From a virus: a DNA stretch of 64,000 bases. Each line of letters starts with the position of its first letter. The first letter of the stretch is position 1. Location of the stretch: positions 51,310 through 115,309 of IMG/VR virus record IMGVR_UViG_3300027801_000011. The stretch is one strand, 5' to 3'. The notes under the pieces were generated by a model. It did not search any database. It was not told the DNA's origin and saw only the letters and a list, made by a program, of their open reading frames with translations. Below, piece by piece: positions 7,516 through 17,572 of the stretch. The position numbers and the translations under genes are program-made.

Positions 7516-9425
7516 TGGCCACAGGAACAAATCGAAGATTAGATGTAACAGAGTTTGATTTTGATGAGGTAAAATCAAATCTAAAAACTTTCCTCAAAGG
7601 GCAGTCTCAGTTTAAAGATTATGACTTTGAAGGTGCTGGTATTAACGTGCTTCTAGATACTCTCGCTTACAACACTCACTACCTTGGTTATAACTTGAAC
7701 ATGGTTGCTAATGAGATGTTCTTGGACAGTTCTACTCTACGTTCTAGTATAGTATCACATGCAAAGACACTAGGATACGAAGTTAGTTCTGCAAGGGCTT
7801 CTTATGCGGAAGTTAATATTGTCCTAAACGATGCTTCCAAGGCCTCCGCTGTTATGCCTGCTGGTACAAAGTTTTTAACCAAATTAGATAATATAGATTA
7901 TCAGTATGTCACTGTAGCAGATGTTGTGGCTTCAAGTACTGGAGTGGAGATTCCTTTTAACAATATTAAGATATATGAAGGATCGTATATAACAACACGA
8001 TACGTTGTAGACTCTACCGATCTTAATCAGAGATTTCTTATAAACGACAACTCTACTGATACGACAACTCTTACTGTTAAGGTACAGAACTCCGTATCTG
8101 ATTCTACGACAACCAAATACACCAGAGCATCTGACATAACTCAATTGATAGGTGATTCTACAGTTTACTTCTTACAGGAAGTCGAGAACGGAAAGACGGA
8201 AATCTATTTCGGTGACGGTGTTACTAGTGCTAAAGTTCTGGACGGTAATGTAGTTTACCTTGAATATGTTATATCAAACAAGGCCGCTGGAAATGGTGCG
8301 AAAGACTTTACTCCATCTGGGGGTATTGATTCAGTAACAGACGTTACGGTCACTACACTTAACAGATCGATAGGTGGTGCAGAATCAGAATCACTGGCTT
8401 CTATAAAACTAAATGCTCCCTTGGATTACGCTTCTCAAGGGCGATGTGTTACTACGGAAGACTATAAAGTTTATGCAAGGAAACTGTTTCCGCAAACTCA
8501 AGCGGTAATGGTGTTCGGCGGAGAAGCCGGTTCCTTTGATCCTAGTCTTGGTGTAACAAGTACAGCGTCTTATGGTAGAGTTTATATATCAATCAAATCT
8601 ACCACAGGAAATAATTTAACAATATCTCAGAAAGAGCTACTTGTATCTCAGTTAGGAAAATTTAATGTTGCTTCTATTACTCCTGTCATTATTGACCCAG
8701 ACGTAACCTCACTAATTTTGAATATTGGATTCAAATACGACTCCAGTAAAACCACCAAAGAAAAATCTGGCCTGCAAACTGCCGTTATCAATGAGTTAAA
8801 AGATTATAACAACAAACAGCTAAAATCTTTTAACCAAGTATTCCGTTTCTCTAACGTGTCTGCTATTGTTGATAGTGTGGACACATCGATTTTAAATAAT
8901 ACAATGACTGTTACTATGTCTAAAAAAATCGAACCAGTGCTAAATGTTAAACGTGGTTACTTCCTATATTTCAATAACCCAATTTACAACCCCCATCCGA
9001 CACATAACGAAGAGAATGGCGGTGTTACTACTTCATCAGGCTTCTATCAAGACGGGAATACTACTAACGAAATATTCTTTGATGATGATGGTGAGGGGAA
9101 TATGAGAACATACTATATTTCTGGTATTACCAGATTATATACAAATCGTCTAGCAGGGAAAATTGATTACAATACAGGCTCAATCGTAATCAACTCTATC
9201 AACATTACGAAGATGTCTAAAGTGGATGGATTGAAAACAACTACAATCCGAATTACTGCTTTACCGACATCTAAAGATATTGTACCTGTTCGAAATCAGA
9301 TATTAGAATTAGACATAGTGAACTTAGGATGCGTAGGAGAAATAGATACAATTGCTGTTGGGGATGCTGGTGCTAGTTCAACCTATACCACCACACCTTC
9401 AGCTCCAGATAATAAGAGTTATTAA
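7515..9425 (+). CDS. gp6: Baseplate wedge subunit gp6
   Basis: DFDEVKSNLK..DYDFEG..LAYNTHY..NEMFLDS..RSSIVSHAK.LGY; SQGRCVTTEDY. Confidence 0.95.
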   Translation: MATGTNRRLDVTEFDFDEVKSNLKTFLKGQSQFKDYDFEGAGINVLLDTLAYNTHYLGYNLNMVANEMFLDSSTLRSSIVSHAKTLGYEVSSARASYAEVNIVLNDASKASAVMPAGTKFLTKLDNIDYQYVTVADVVASSTGVEIPFNNIKIYEGSYITTRYVVDSTDLNQRFLINDNSTDTTTLTVKVQNSVSDSTTTKYTRASDITQLIGDSTVYFLQEVENGKTEIYFGDGVTSAKVLDGNVVYLEYVISNKAAGNGAKDFTPSGGIDSVTDVTVTTLNRSIGGAESESLASIKLNAPLDYASQGRCVTTEDYKVYARKLFPQTQAVMVFGGEAGSFDPSLGVTSTASYGRVYISIKSTTGNNLTISQKELLVSQLGKFNVASITPVIIDPDVTSLILNIGFKYDSSKTTKEKSGLQTAVINELKDYNNKQLKSFNQVFRFSNVSAIVDSVDTSILNNTMTVTMSKKIEPVLNVKRGYFLYFNNPIYNPHPTHNEENGGVTTSSGFYQDGNTTNEIFFDDDGEGNMRTYYISGITRLYTNRLAGKIDYNTGSIVINSINITKMSKVDGLKTTTIRITALPTSKDIVPVRNQILELDIVNLGCVGEIDTIAVGDAGASSTYTTTPSAPDNKSY

Positions 9426-9428
9426 CAG

Positions 9429-12400
9429 ATGGCGCCCTTTGATGCAGAATTAACAACTAAAATTTCTCCACTGATAGAAGGCCAGGTGCCTGATTATCTT
9501 CAGGCAGAGAATCCAAAGTTTGTCGAATTTCTAAAACAGTATTATCAGTTTTTGGAAGCTGCTGAACTACGGGTCAGTGGTATTATTAATAATATAGTTT
9601 TAGAGAATACTGATGTTCGATATCTACGTAGTGAAGATGGCACAAAGATTGTTGCTGAATCAGGCGTAGGTACTACTGGTAAATTTATCGAAGGTGAATT
9701 AATAACTGGTACTGATACCAAAGCTACAGCTACAGTTTTGATTGATGATCTAGATCAAGAAAAACCTAGATTGTTTATTTCCTCTACTCAGAAATTTAAT
9801 ATAGGTGAAACGGTCACGGGTGCAACTTCTGGTGCTTCTGCTCAGATCATTCAGTATCGTGCTAATCCTATTCAGAACATACAACAACTATTAGATTACT
9901 CCAATGTGGACAATACTACTTCCACAGTATTAGATGAAATGCAACGGCAGTTTATGGATGCTATTCCAGAGACTTTGGCTAATGGAGTTTCTAAGAGAAA
10001 TCTATTAAAGAATATTAAAGACCTCTATGCGGCTAAAGGAACTTCTGAAGGACATAAACTCTTTATGCGTTTGATGTTTGCTGAAGAGGCAGAAATCTTC
10101 TATCCTACACAATACATGTTAAGAGCATCAGATGGTAACTGGACTAAGAAATCTGTTATCCGTTGTGAAAATTCACAAGGAGCAAATGGTCAAGAAGTTA
10201 TAGGACAGACACTAGTAGGACGATCCTCTGGTGCTTCAGTCTTTGTTATTAATGCAGTTACGTTTGCCCAAGGTAGTGCTTCCATAACAGAATTCGATGT
10301 AGACTTACGATATGTTGTTGGTACTTTTATTGATGGTGAAACTCTAACGGCCGATGGACTACTAACCTTCACCGAACAAAATTTTACTATTCAAAAGATT
10401 ATCGCAAGTGCCACAGTAGATAACGGTGGTATACTTTACAATGCTGGTGACATTATTTCTATTAGTGCTGGTGGTAACAATGCAGCTCGTGCTCAAGTCA
10501 ACACTACTGGTGTTGGTACTGTGGATGGTGTTCATATCGATACTGGGGGTTCTGGTTATAGAGTTGGCGATAGATTTGTTTTCACTAGTGATGCTACATC
10601 TCAACCAGCTGAGGGTTATGTCTCTTCTATTGGTGGATCGTTTCTTTTAGAAAACAATGAAAATATAGACGGTGTGATCAGCGAAGATTACTTATCACAG
10701 GAAGAAAATACAACTTATCAATATGCAGATATTAATATAGGACTAGAAGAAGGTGGTTCACTATTAATAGATGCTACAGACTCCAGCGGGACAGATGAGA
10801 ATTGGTATTTTGATTATGAGGCCGCCGTTGAACGAAAGTTAATAGCGGACGGTAATGCTTCTAAAAGAATTACCTTTGAAGCTAACACCAACTTAACGTA
10901 TGGTGAAATCGCAAACGTGATAGTGACAACCAGAGGCGCTGGTTATATTAGGTTGCCTCAAATTTCAATAACATCTGTGAATGGTACAGGTGGTAAAATT
11001 ATTCCTACTACAAATACTATTGGTACAATTCAAGATGTGTCTATTGTTGATGCTGGGTTTAACTATAAGGTTGTTCCCGAAGCAGCCGTTGATGCTAAGT
11101 TTATTGTTAAACAAGTCTCTGGATCATTTTCTGCGGCAGAGAAATTAACAACTCACACAGGTACAGTTACGGGTTGGAGTTCCCAAGATCAAGTACTCTC
11201 AGTTTCAATTGAAGATGTTATCCGTATTAAGATGGAACAAGAGACTGCTGACATAAATGAGAATATCCAATTAGAAGTAAATACCGATAATGAATTTAAT
11301 AGAGTACTAGGTGAGAATGCTGTAGAAGGAAACACTGGCCCAGAACTAGTTGCTAGAGGTTTGGATGATGTAGACACTACTGGTATTGTAGTAAAAGAAG
11401 AATACAGATATGATATAGAAGATCAACTAGTACTTGATTCAGATGGTAGTACTAAGGTAACAATTCCTTTAGAACGGCCGTCTGCCCCAGGCCCTAGAGC
11501 AGTCTTCAATCAACCATCTGTGGCATCAGGCATGACGCCGTTTCCGCCTTTACGACATCAATTTCCAGACCCTGGCTTGGGGGGATATGATAATGACGGC
11601 GCACTCTTTAGAGAGAACGTAGAACTTGAACAAAGATTTGTTGGCCCCGATGGTTTTGAGGATACTATTTTTGATGGTGTGACTAAGTTGCCTTCTCTTA
11701 CTACTTACAGTGGTGCGTTTTCTGATGTTAACCTTCTATTAGAAGGTACTGCTGTGGGTGATGATCTACAATTAAATGGCACAGATGCAAGTCAGACTGA
11801 CGCTGGTGATGATTTCCGTCAAGAAGATGGATCAACAGGCTCTGGTATGGGCGACAAGTTGATACAGGAATCCTTGGATGATGGTAATAGAGTTCGATAC
11901 GAAACTCATGGCATGGTGGATAACCTCCAGTATAAGAAAGATAAGTTTCAATTAAACGGAACTAAAGAACAAGTATATACTAGTGGTGGTTGGGTTGATG
12001 CAGATCGAGCAACTTCTGAAGAGTTACAGATAGTCAGCAGTCACGTTGTTGTTGAACCTGGCAAAGAAGGTGATAGAATTATTACAGAAGACGGCGTTGA
12101 TCTTATAGTGCTGGATGGTACTAATGGTAAAGCGCTTTTTAGAATAGGGTCTGCTGCGACATTCTGGGAGAAGACACTTGACGAAGGTAGCTACCTTAGA
12201 AACGAACCATTGCCAGATCGATATGTTAATGTTGAACACCCATCATCTAGAATAGTAGATGATACAGATGGTATTTTACTAGAAGATGCATCTGCTCAAT
12301 CTACTGTTAACTGGACAGAGTATTTGATTCTACAGGGTCAAGATGGTACTTCTAATTCTGATGCTGACGGTTGGTATACTGAGTACACAGATTATAAAGC

Positions 12401-15287
12401 TTCTCATGGTAACGATGATAGAGACATTTGGATTTTAGAAGATGGAGATTGTGTCTTATCAGAAGAGTCTGTAGATGACCCTAATGGTGGATTTGATGCT
12501 GCCACATTATTGGCAAGGACTACTAATTCGGGAAGTAGAGTTATACTCGACAATAATATTGTGGGTGGTCTTGATGATATTCATATTGTTCTAGATGGGA
12601 CAGATACAGAATTGACAAATGCCGGCGGGTATATGCTTCACGATGGTTTCTCTACAACAGAAAGAGGTGGAACAACTCTAGTACAAGAGAGTGGACTTGC
12701 TGCTGGTCTTTCGGCAGAAAGTGATGCTGTTCCTGGCGATGAATTAACTCACGAAACGCAAAGCTTTACATCTGGTAATATCGTAATGAATGCTTACGAT
12801 GATAATAATTTGTATGCTGGGTTTGATGTTGTAACCGAAAGCTTACAGAACTTTATTGGACAAACAATTTCTACTGGCCAAGGAACGGCAGTTATTATTG
12901 GTGCTAACCTTGGTAAAGTTTCTGTTAATATTGGATTTATAACAACAGACGTTGGTAGATATTCATCTACGAATAGTTTGATATCAGAAGATGTTATTCG
13001 TATTCAAGATTCATATTACTATCAAGACTTCTCTTACGAAGTTCGTATTGGTCAATCTGTCAACACATACATGAATGAATTGAAACGTGCAGTTCATCCA
13101 GCTGGTTTCATTCCATTTGGTAGGGTTACTATTGCTAGTCTGATGTCTGTGTCTATGTCACCAGCTGGTATTGGTCGTGTCGATCCTCCGTTGGCGTCCT
13201 TCTCTCCAGTACTTGCTTCTTCTCTTAGAGAATTGTTTGAATTGAGAATCAATCACAGATTGGGTATACCTAAAGTATTTGAACAAGGTAGTTTGTTTGC
13301 TGAACTTAGATTAGAGAACGGCACTTCAGATTTCAACTTTGTTTTGGATGGTACTGAATATGGTACACTACTAGAAGCAGAAGAAGGCGGTGTTATCAGT
13401 CTTGAGGAATCTCATGACGATGGAGATAACATTTGTATTGTTGCTGGAGATGATGGATCACAAGTTGATGCTGGGGATAATATTTCATTAGACGGTACGG
13501 ACATATTCGGCACAGACAATGTAGATGTGCTTGGTGAAGTTAGTTCTATACTTCTAGATGGTTCTAATATTGTAGACGGTGCTGTACAGGATGCTGGTTC
13601 TTCTTTATTGTTAGACGGTAGTGCTCTTGGTGTATACAATCTTATAGATGCCGATAGTAATCAACTAGTATTAAACGGTACTAGTGTTGATGGAAATACT
13701 CCAAATAGTAAAGTAGTACATGAAGATGGAGATCATGTTGGTGCAAAAATAATAACAGATTCTATTCAAACTACAAGTGGCCAAGTATTTGATTCCTCAG
13801 AAAATATAGTTTCAGAATCCTCTATGGGTGGCGCTCTTACATTACAAGATAGTTCTGGTAAACTAATGAGTGAGGCTGCAGCTGGTGTTTCCGATTCAGA
13901 TCGTGAAAATCTTTTCATCAGAATGTTAAAGGTAAAAATTTCTGTACCGAAACCCAGAGCGCTTAACTCTGTTGGACTTAGTTCAATGGGTATATCTGAT
14001 ATGTTCAGTGATGCCTTTGGTGCAACACACATACAATTAGAAGATGCCCTACGGAAACGTGGGCCAACGATTAACGCTTCTAGACTTGTTCTTGATGGTT
14101 TAGATGTTGGTGGTAAAGATGATCCATTAGATGTTAAAAACCAAGGCGAAGCAATTGAGATGGAAGTATCTCAAGCTGTTAACTTAGGTTCTGGTCTAAA
14201 GTTTTCTGACTTTAATAAGAAGAACACTTGGACTATTGATTTGGAAGATGGAACTGGAAGCATATACTTAGAAGATTATGCTGGCGGTTTCCTTGTTTCT
14301 GAAGATGAAATAGTTTCACCACTATTATCAAACTTCTTAGAACAAGATATTTTGTTGAGAGAAAATGATATTGATCACGTTTCTGATTGGGGGAGATTAC
14401 AATTAAACAGAACTGCTGTCGATAGCGATGATGAATTTGATTTCATTGTTCTTAATGCTATTGATGCTACGGGCCGAGGTGATGGAGATTATGTCTTAAA
14501 AGAAACTTACTCTGAATATCACAAGTCTGTAGATGGCGATCTTGGTGGACTAGGAATACTTACAGAAGATTCTGATCAGTCTGGTAAGTATCAGTTAGAG
14601 AATCCAAGAAACTTCTTTATGTTATATGATGGTATATATTCTGAGACTCAAGGGTGGACAGATGATGGCACGCCGATGACGCTTGAAGATGGTTCCAACT
14701 TACTTACCGAAGTCACAGACCCATTTGGAATTAGTATACTTCTAGAAGAAGGTTCAGCTACAACGAGTGGTTCAAAGTTGTTGTTAGATTCTCAAAGACT
14801 TTCATTAGAAGATCATATTAACGATGGTCATGTGCCTGATAGTAACTGGGGTGATAATTCTTATTATCCAGAATTTACACGGCCAACAGAAATTAAAATT
14901 CGTCCAGTAGGAAGAATATCCCTACAGGATGAAAGGGCTATTACAGAATTGGTTCTGGATAGTCACGAAGTATCAACGGGCCCACTGGTCGTAGATAGTC
15001 AAGGTGACAATATCATCTTTGATCGTACAACTTTATCTGGAGACGATATTGGGGATAAGGTTATGGTTGAATCCAATGCCGAAGTTATCCTTGATCAGTG
15101 TGCCGGCGGTATGTTACTAGATGCAGATGGCGGTATGGTTAGTTTTGAAGAAGGTACTCATGCTAGTCTAATTGCTACAGGTAAGGCGTTCTTACCTCTA
15201 GGTGCTGAGGCGGAAACTTTCGATAATGAGACTAGGACTACATTTGACAGTACCAATCAAACTTACGATGTTGTCGAAGGCAGCTAA
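9429..15287 (+). CDS. gp7: Baseplate wedge initiator gp7-like, greatly expanded by acidic repeats
   Basis: Follows gp6; LLKNIKDLYAAKGT, IQDSYYYQDFSYEVR..HPAGF gp7 motifs; C-terminal TFD..TFDST..YD. Confidence 0.85.
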   Translation: MAPFDAELTTKISPLIEGQVPDYLQAENPKFVEFLKQYYQFLEAAELRVSGIINNIVLENTDVRYLRSEDGTKIVAESGVGTTGKFIEGELITGTDTKATATVLIDDLDQEKPRLFISSTQKFNIGETVTGATSGASAQIIQYRANPIQNIQQLLDYSNVDNTTSTVLDEMQRQFMDAIPETLANGVSKRNLLKNIKDLYAAKGTSEGHKLFMRLMFAEEAEIFYPTQYMLRASDGNWTKKSVIRCENSQGANGQEVIGQTLVGRSSGASVFVINAVTFAQGSASITEFDVDLRYVVGTFIDGETLTADGLLTFTEQNFTIQKIIASATVDNGGILYNAGDIISISAGGNNAARAQVNTTGVGTVDGVHIDTGGSGYRVGDRFVFTSDATSQPAEGYVSSIGGSFLLENNENIDGVISEDYLSQEENTTYQYADINIGLEEGGSLLIDATDSSGTDENWYFDYEAAVERKLIADGNASKRITFEANTNLTYGEIANVIVTTRGAGYIRLPQISITSVNGTGGKIIPTTNTIGTIQDVSIVDAGFNYKVVPEAAVDAKFIVKQVSGSFSAAEKLTTHTGTVTGWSSQDQVLSVSIEDVIRIKMEQETADINENIQLEVNTDNEFNRVLGENAVEGNTGPELVARGLDDVDTTGIVVKEEYRYDIEDQLVLDSDGSTKVTIPLERPSAPGPRAVFNQPSVASGMTPFPPLRHQFPDPGLGGYDNDGALFRENVELEQRFVGPDGFEDTIFDGVTKLPSLTTYSGAFSDVNLLLEGTAVGDDLQLNGTDASQTDAGDDFRQEDGSTGSGMGDKLIQESLDDGNRVRYETHGMVDNLQYKKDKFQLNGTKEQVYTSGGWVDADRATSEELQIVSSHVVVEPGKEGDRIITEDGVDLIVLDGTNGKALFRIGSAATFWEKTLDEGSYLRNEPLPDRYVNVEHPSSRIVDDTDGILLEDASAQSTVNWTEYLILQGQDGTSNSDADGWYTEYTDYKASHGNDDRDIWILEDGDCVLSEESVDDPNGGFDAATLLARTTNSGSRVILDNNIVGGLDDIHIVLDGTDTELTNAGGYMLHDGFSTTERGGTTLVQESGLAAGLSAESDAVPGDELTHETQSFTSGNIVMNAYDDNNLYAGFDVVTESLQNFIGQTISTGQGTAVIIGANLGKVSVNIGFITTDVGRYSSTNSLISEDVIRIQDSYYYQDFSYEVRIGQSVNTYMNELKRAVHPAGFIPFGRVTIASLMSVSMSPAGIGRVDPPLASFSPVLASSLRELFELRINHRLGIPKVFEQGSLFAELRLENGTSDFNFVLDGTEYGTLLEAEEGGVISLEESHDDGDNICIVAGDDGSQVDAGDNISLDGTDIFGTDNVDVLGEVSSILLDGSNIVDGAVQDAGSSLLLDGSALGVYNLIDADSNQLVLNGTSVDGNTPNSKVVHEDGDHVGAKIITDSIQTTSGQVFDSSENIVSESSMGGALTLQDSSGKLMSEAAAGVSDSDRENLFIRMLKVKISVPKPRALNSVGLSSMGISDMFSDAFGATHIQLEDALRKRGPTINASRLVLDGLDVGGKDDPLDVKNQGEAIEMEVSQAVNLGSGLKFSDFNKKNTWTIDLEDGTGSIYLEDYAGGFLVSEDEIVSPLLSNFLEQDILLRENDIDHVSDWGRLQLNRTAVDSDDEFDFIVLNAIDATGRGDGDYVLKETYSEYHKSVDGDLGGLGILTEDSDQSGKYQLENPRNFFMLYDGIYSETQGWTDDGTPMTLEDGSNLLTEVTDPFGISILLEEGSATTSGSKLLLDSQRLSLEDHINDGHVPDSNWGDNSYYPEFTRPTEIKIRPVGRISLQDERAITELVLDSHEVSTGPLVVDSQGDNIIFDRTTLSGDDIGDKVMVESNAEVILDQCAGGMLLDADGGMVSFEEGTHASLIATGKAFLPLGAEAETFDNETRTTFDSTNQTYDVVEGS

Positions 15288-15295
15288 CGACTTCG

Positions 15296-15303
15296 TATAA
15301 ATA
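15296..15303 (+). promoter_or_regulatory. T4 late promoter
   Basis: TATAAATA. Confidence 0.85.
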
Positions 15304-15327
15304 GAAGAAGAGAAAGGGATCGTATTA

Positions 15328-16053
15328 ATGGCATATCAAACAATAGGGGTTGGTTTAGCAGCAGATGATGGGCAAGGAGATTCCTTACGTATTGGTGCGG
15401 TAAAAATAAACTCCAACTTTAATGAGATATACACAACATTCGGAGATGGATCAAGTTTAACATCTGGTATCGGTGTTGACGGCTCTATAATAACATTAAC
15501 ATCCCCAACAATCAACACTCCTACTATAGTAGGTGTTGTATTAGGTATTCAAACATCTGCAAATATTGTAACCCTTGCTACCACGACAGTTAACGGTACT
15601 ACATTAAAAGCAGGCGGATTGACGTTGGCTGAAGGTTCAATAACGGACAGTACTGGTGCTATTAGTTTCTCAAATGAAAATCTTACGACAACTGGTACTA
15701 TTAACAGTGGACAGATATCAACAGATGGAGTTTTATATATTACTGGTGGTGTATCTGGTGGAGAAGTTAGTTTTCTTCAAGTAGAAGGTACAGCTGACGG
15801 AAGTGAACTAAACTTTAAAGCAATCGATCCTACTGGAGATCGTACTCTAACCTTTCCAGACATTACGGGAACTATTATCACATCAGCTGATACAAACACG
15901 GTAACTGGAGTTATGCTTGCTGCTGATACGGTAGTGGAAGCAAACATGGCGAATGACTCAATAAGTTCAGTTGAATTGAAAAGTCTTTCTACATTACTAA
16001 TTAAAAATTCTGGCGGCACAACTTTAAAGACACATTACGGTGCTGGTGCATAA
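15328..16053 (+). CDS. Short baseplate-anchored fibre/adaptor with gp9/gp10-like N-terminus
   Basis: MAYQTIGVG..DDGQGDSLRIGAVKINSNFNEIY is the gp9/10-type attachment motif; C-terminus shared with the 24234 fibre. Confidence 0.75.
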   Translation: MAYQTIGVGLAADDGQGDSLRIGAVKINSNFNEIYTTFGDGSSLTSGIGVDGSIITLTSPTINTPTIVGVVLGIQTSANIVTLATTTVNGTTLKAGGLTLAEGSITDSTGAISFSNENLTTTGTINSGQISTDGVLYITGGVSGGEVSFLQVEGTADGSELNFKAIDPTGDRTLTFPDITGTIITSADTNTVTGVMLAADTVVEANMANDSISSVELKSLSTLLIKNSGGTTLKTHYGAGA

Positions 16054-16056
16054 ATA
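16049..16056 (+). promoter_or_regulatory. Late promoter variant CATAAATA
   Basis: Overlaps a stop codon upstream of gp8; the same arrangement occurs at 27319 and 28296, and the variant recurs at 48313. Confidence 0.65.
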
Positions 16057-16072
16057 GAACGAGGATAAAAAA

Positions 16073-17569
16073 ATGACAGCAATAATTACGGAAAGATTTA
16101 GGCAACACAATGCGACTCAATTCTTTGAGTCCTTTAGTGAAGCTTCTGGGAACTCTTATTACCTTTTCATAGGTAAAGCGACTCCCTTCACCACAGGAAC
16201 ATCTGGAGGCTCGGATGGCGCTCCACCTACACCAGTAGATGGAATAAGTGAAGAGTTTTATGTGTGGGATGATATGATTGCTGCTAAACAAATTACTGGT
16301 AGTTTTATAAGTTATGCAATTCCTCGGCGTGACTTTGCTAACGGTACAATTTATGATATGTATGATCACGCAGTTAGTTCTTCTAATGTAACTACTTCTG
16401 GTGCTACAAACATATACGACTCAAGTTTCTTCTTCTTAACTGCTGATTATCGTGTATATCAAATACTAGACAACAATGGCGGAGTTGCATTTAGTGGTTC
16501 TGCTCCTACATCAGAATCTACTGCCCCATTCGAATCTGGTGGATATGTTCTTCAGTATATGTACTCTCTCACATCTTCAGAAGTTGAGAAGTACTTGACA
16601 ACAGACTTTATGCCTGTTAGTACAGACACAGCAGTTAGTTCGGCCGCAGTCGATGGATCGATTGTTTCCCTTAAAGTAACTGGTGGTTCTGGATATTCAG
16701 ATGGAACTTACTACGCTGCCATATATGGAGATGGTACAAGTCAAGGAACTTCCTCTGGTGGTATTGTAAGAGTTACCGTTGTTAGTGGTGCTGTTGCATC
16801 TTTCGGTCTTACTGCTGGAACAGACACAACAATTCATGCTATCGGTTCTGGATACACTTACGGAAAAGTAAACCTTGCTTCTGGATATACCTTTTCAGAT
16901 ACATCCCTATCAACTGCCTCGGCAATGGGTGGTACTGGTGGAGTGGTAGAAGTTGTAATTAGTCCTAAAGGTGGTCATGGTTATAATGCTGTTGAACAAC
17001 TTGGTGGACATTATCTTATGATGAACACAACTCTAACACAGTCTGAAGGCGATGACTTCACTACTGCTAACGATTTTCGAAGAGTGGGTGTTGTTGTAGA
17101 CCCTTATATTTACGGTACATCTACATTATCTACTGCTTCAACTGTAAGACAAACATATGCTTTAAACTTAACAACCATCAGTGGTACTTTTGATATTGAT
17201 GAGAAAATATCACAACAGACTACTGGTGCGATTGGCAAGGTTGTTGATTGGGACTCTAGTTTAAATATTCTTTATTACCAACAAGAAAGGTTTGGGGATT
17301 ATGGAACGAATGGTTCTACTGGTTCCTATGTTGCTTTTAGTGGCGCAAACAGAGTTACTGGATCAACTTCAAATGCTTATGGTACTCCAGATGCAGCTTC
17401 GGATAGTGCGGTTACTCTTGCTGGTGGCGCTACAATGTCATTTACAAATGGATATGCAAATCCAGAGTTACAACCAGATAGTGGCAATATAATTTATATA
17501 GAAAATAGAAAACCGATTAGTCGATCATCTGACCAAACGGAAGACATTAAACTTATTGTGGAGTTCTAA
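16073..17569 (+). CDS. gp8: Baseplate wedge subunit gp8
   Basis: MTAIITERFR..YLFIGK..WDDMIAAK..YDMYDH..FMPV; C-terminal SGNIIYIENRKPISRSSDQTEDIKLIVEF. Confidence 0.93.
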   Translation: MTAIITERFRQHNATQFFESFSEASGNSYYLFIGKATPFTTGTSGGSDGAPPTPVDGISEEFYVWDDMIAAKQITGSFISYAIPRRDFANGTIYDMYDHAVSSSNVTTSGATNIYDSSFFFLTADYRVYQILDNNGGVAFSGSAPTSESTAPFESGGYVLQYMYSLTSSEVEKYLTTDFMPVSTDTAVSSAAVDGSIVSLKVTGGSGYSDGTYYAAIYGDGTSQGTSSGGIVRVTVVSGAVASFGLTAGTDTTIHAIGSGYTYGKVNLASGYTFSDTSLSTASAMGGTGGVVEVVISPKGGHGYNAVEQLGGHYLMMNTTLTQSEGDDFTTANDFRRVGVVVDPYIYGTSTLSTASTVRQTYALNLTTISGTFDIDEKISQQTTGAIGKVVDWDSSLNILYYQQERFGDYGTNGSTGSYVAFSGANRVTGSTSNAYGTPDAASDSAVTLAGGATMSFTNGYANPELQPDSGNIIYIENRKPISRSSDQTEDIKLIVEF

Positions 17570-17572
17570 AAA

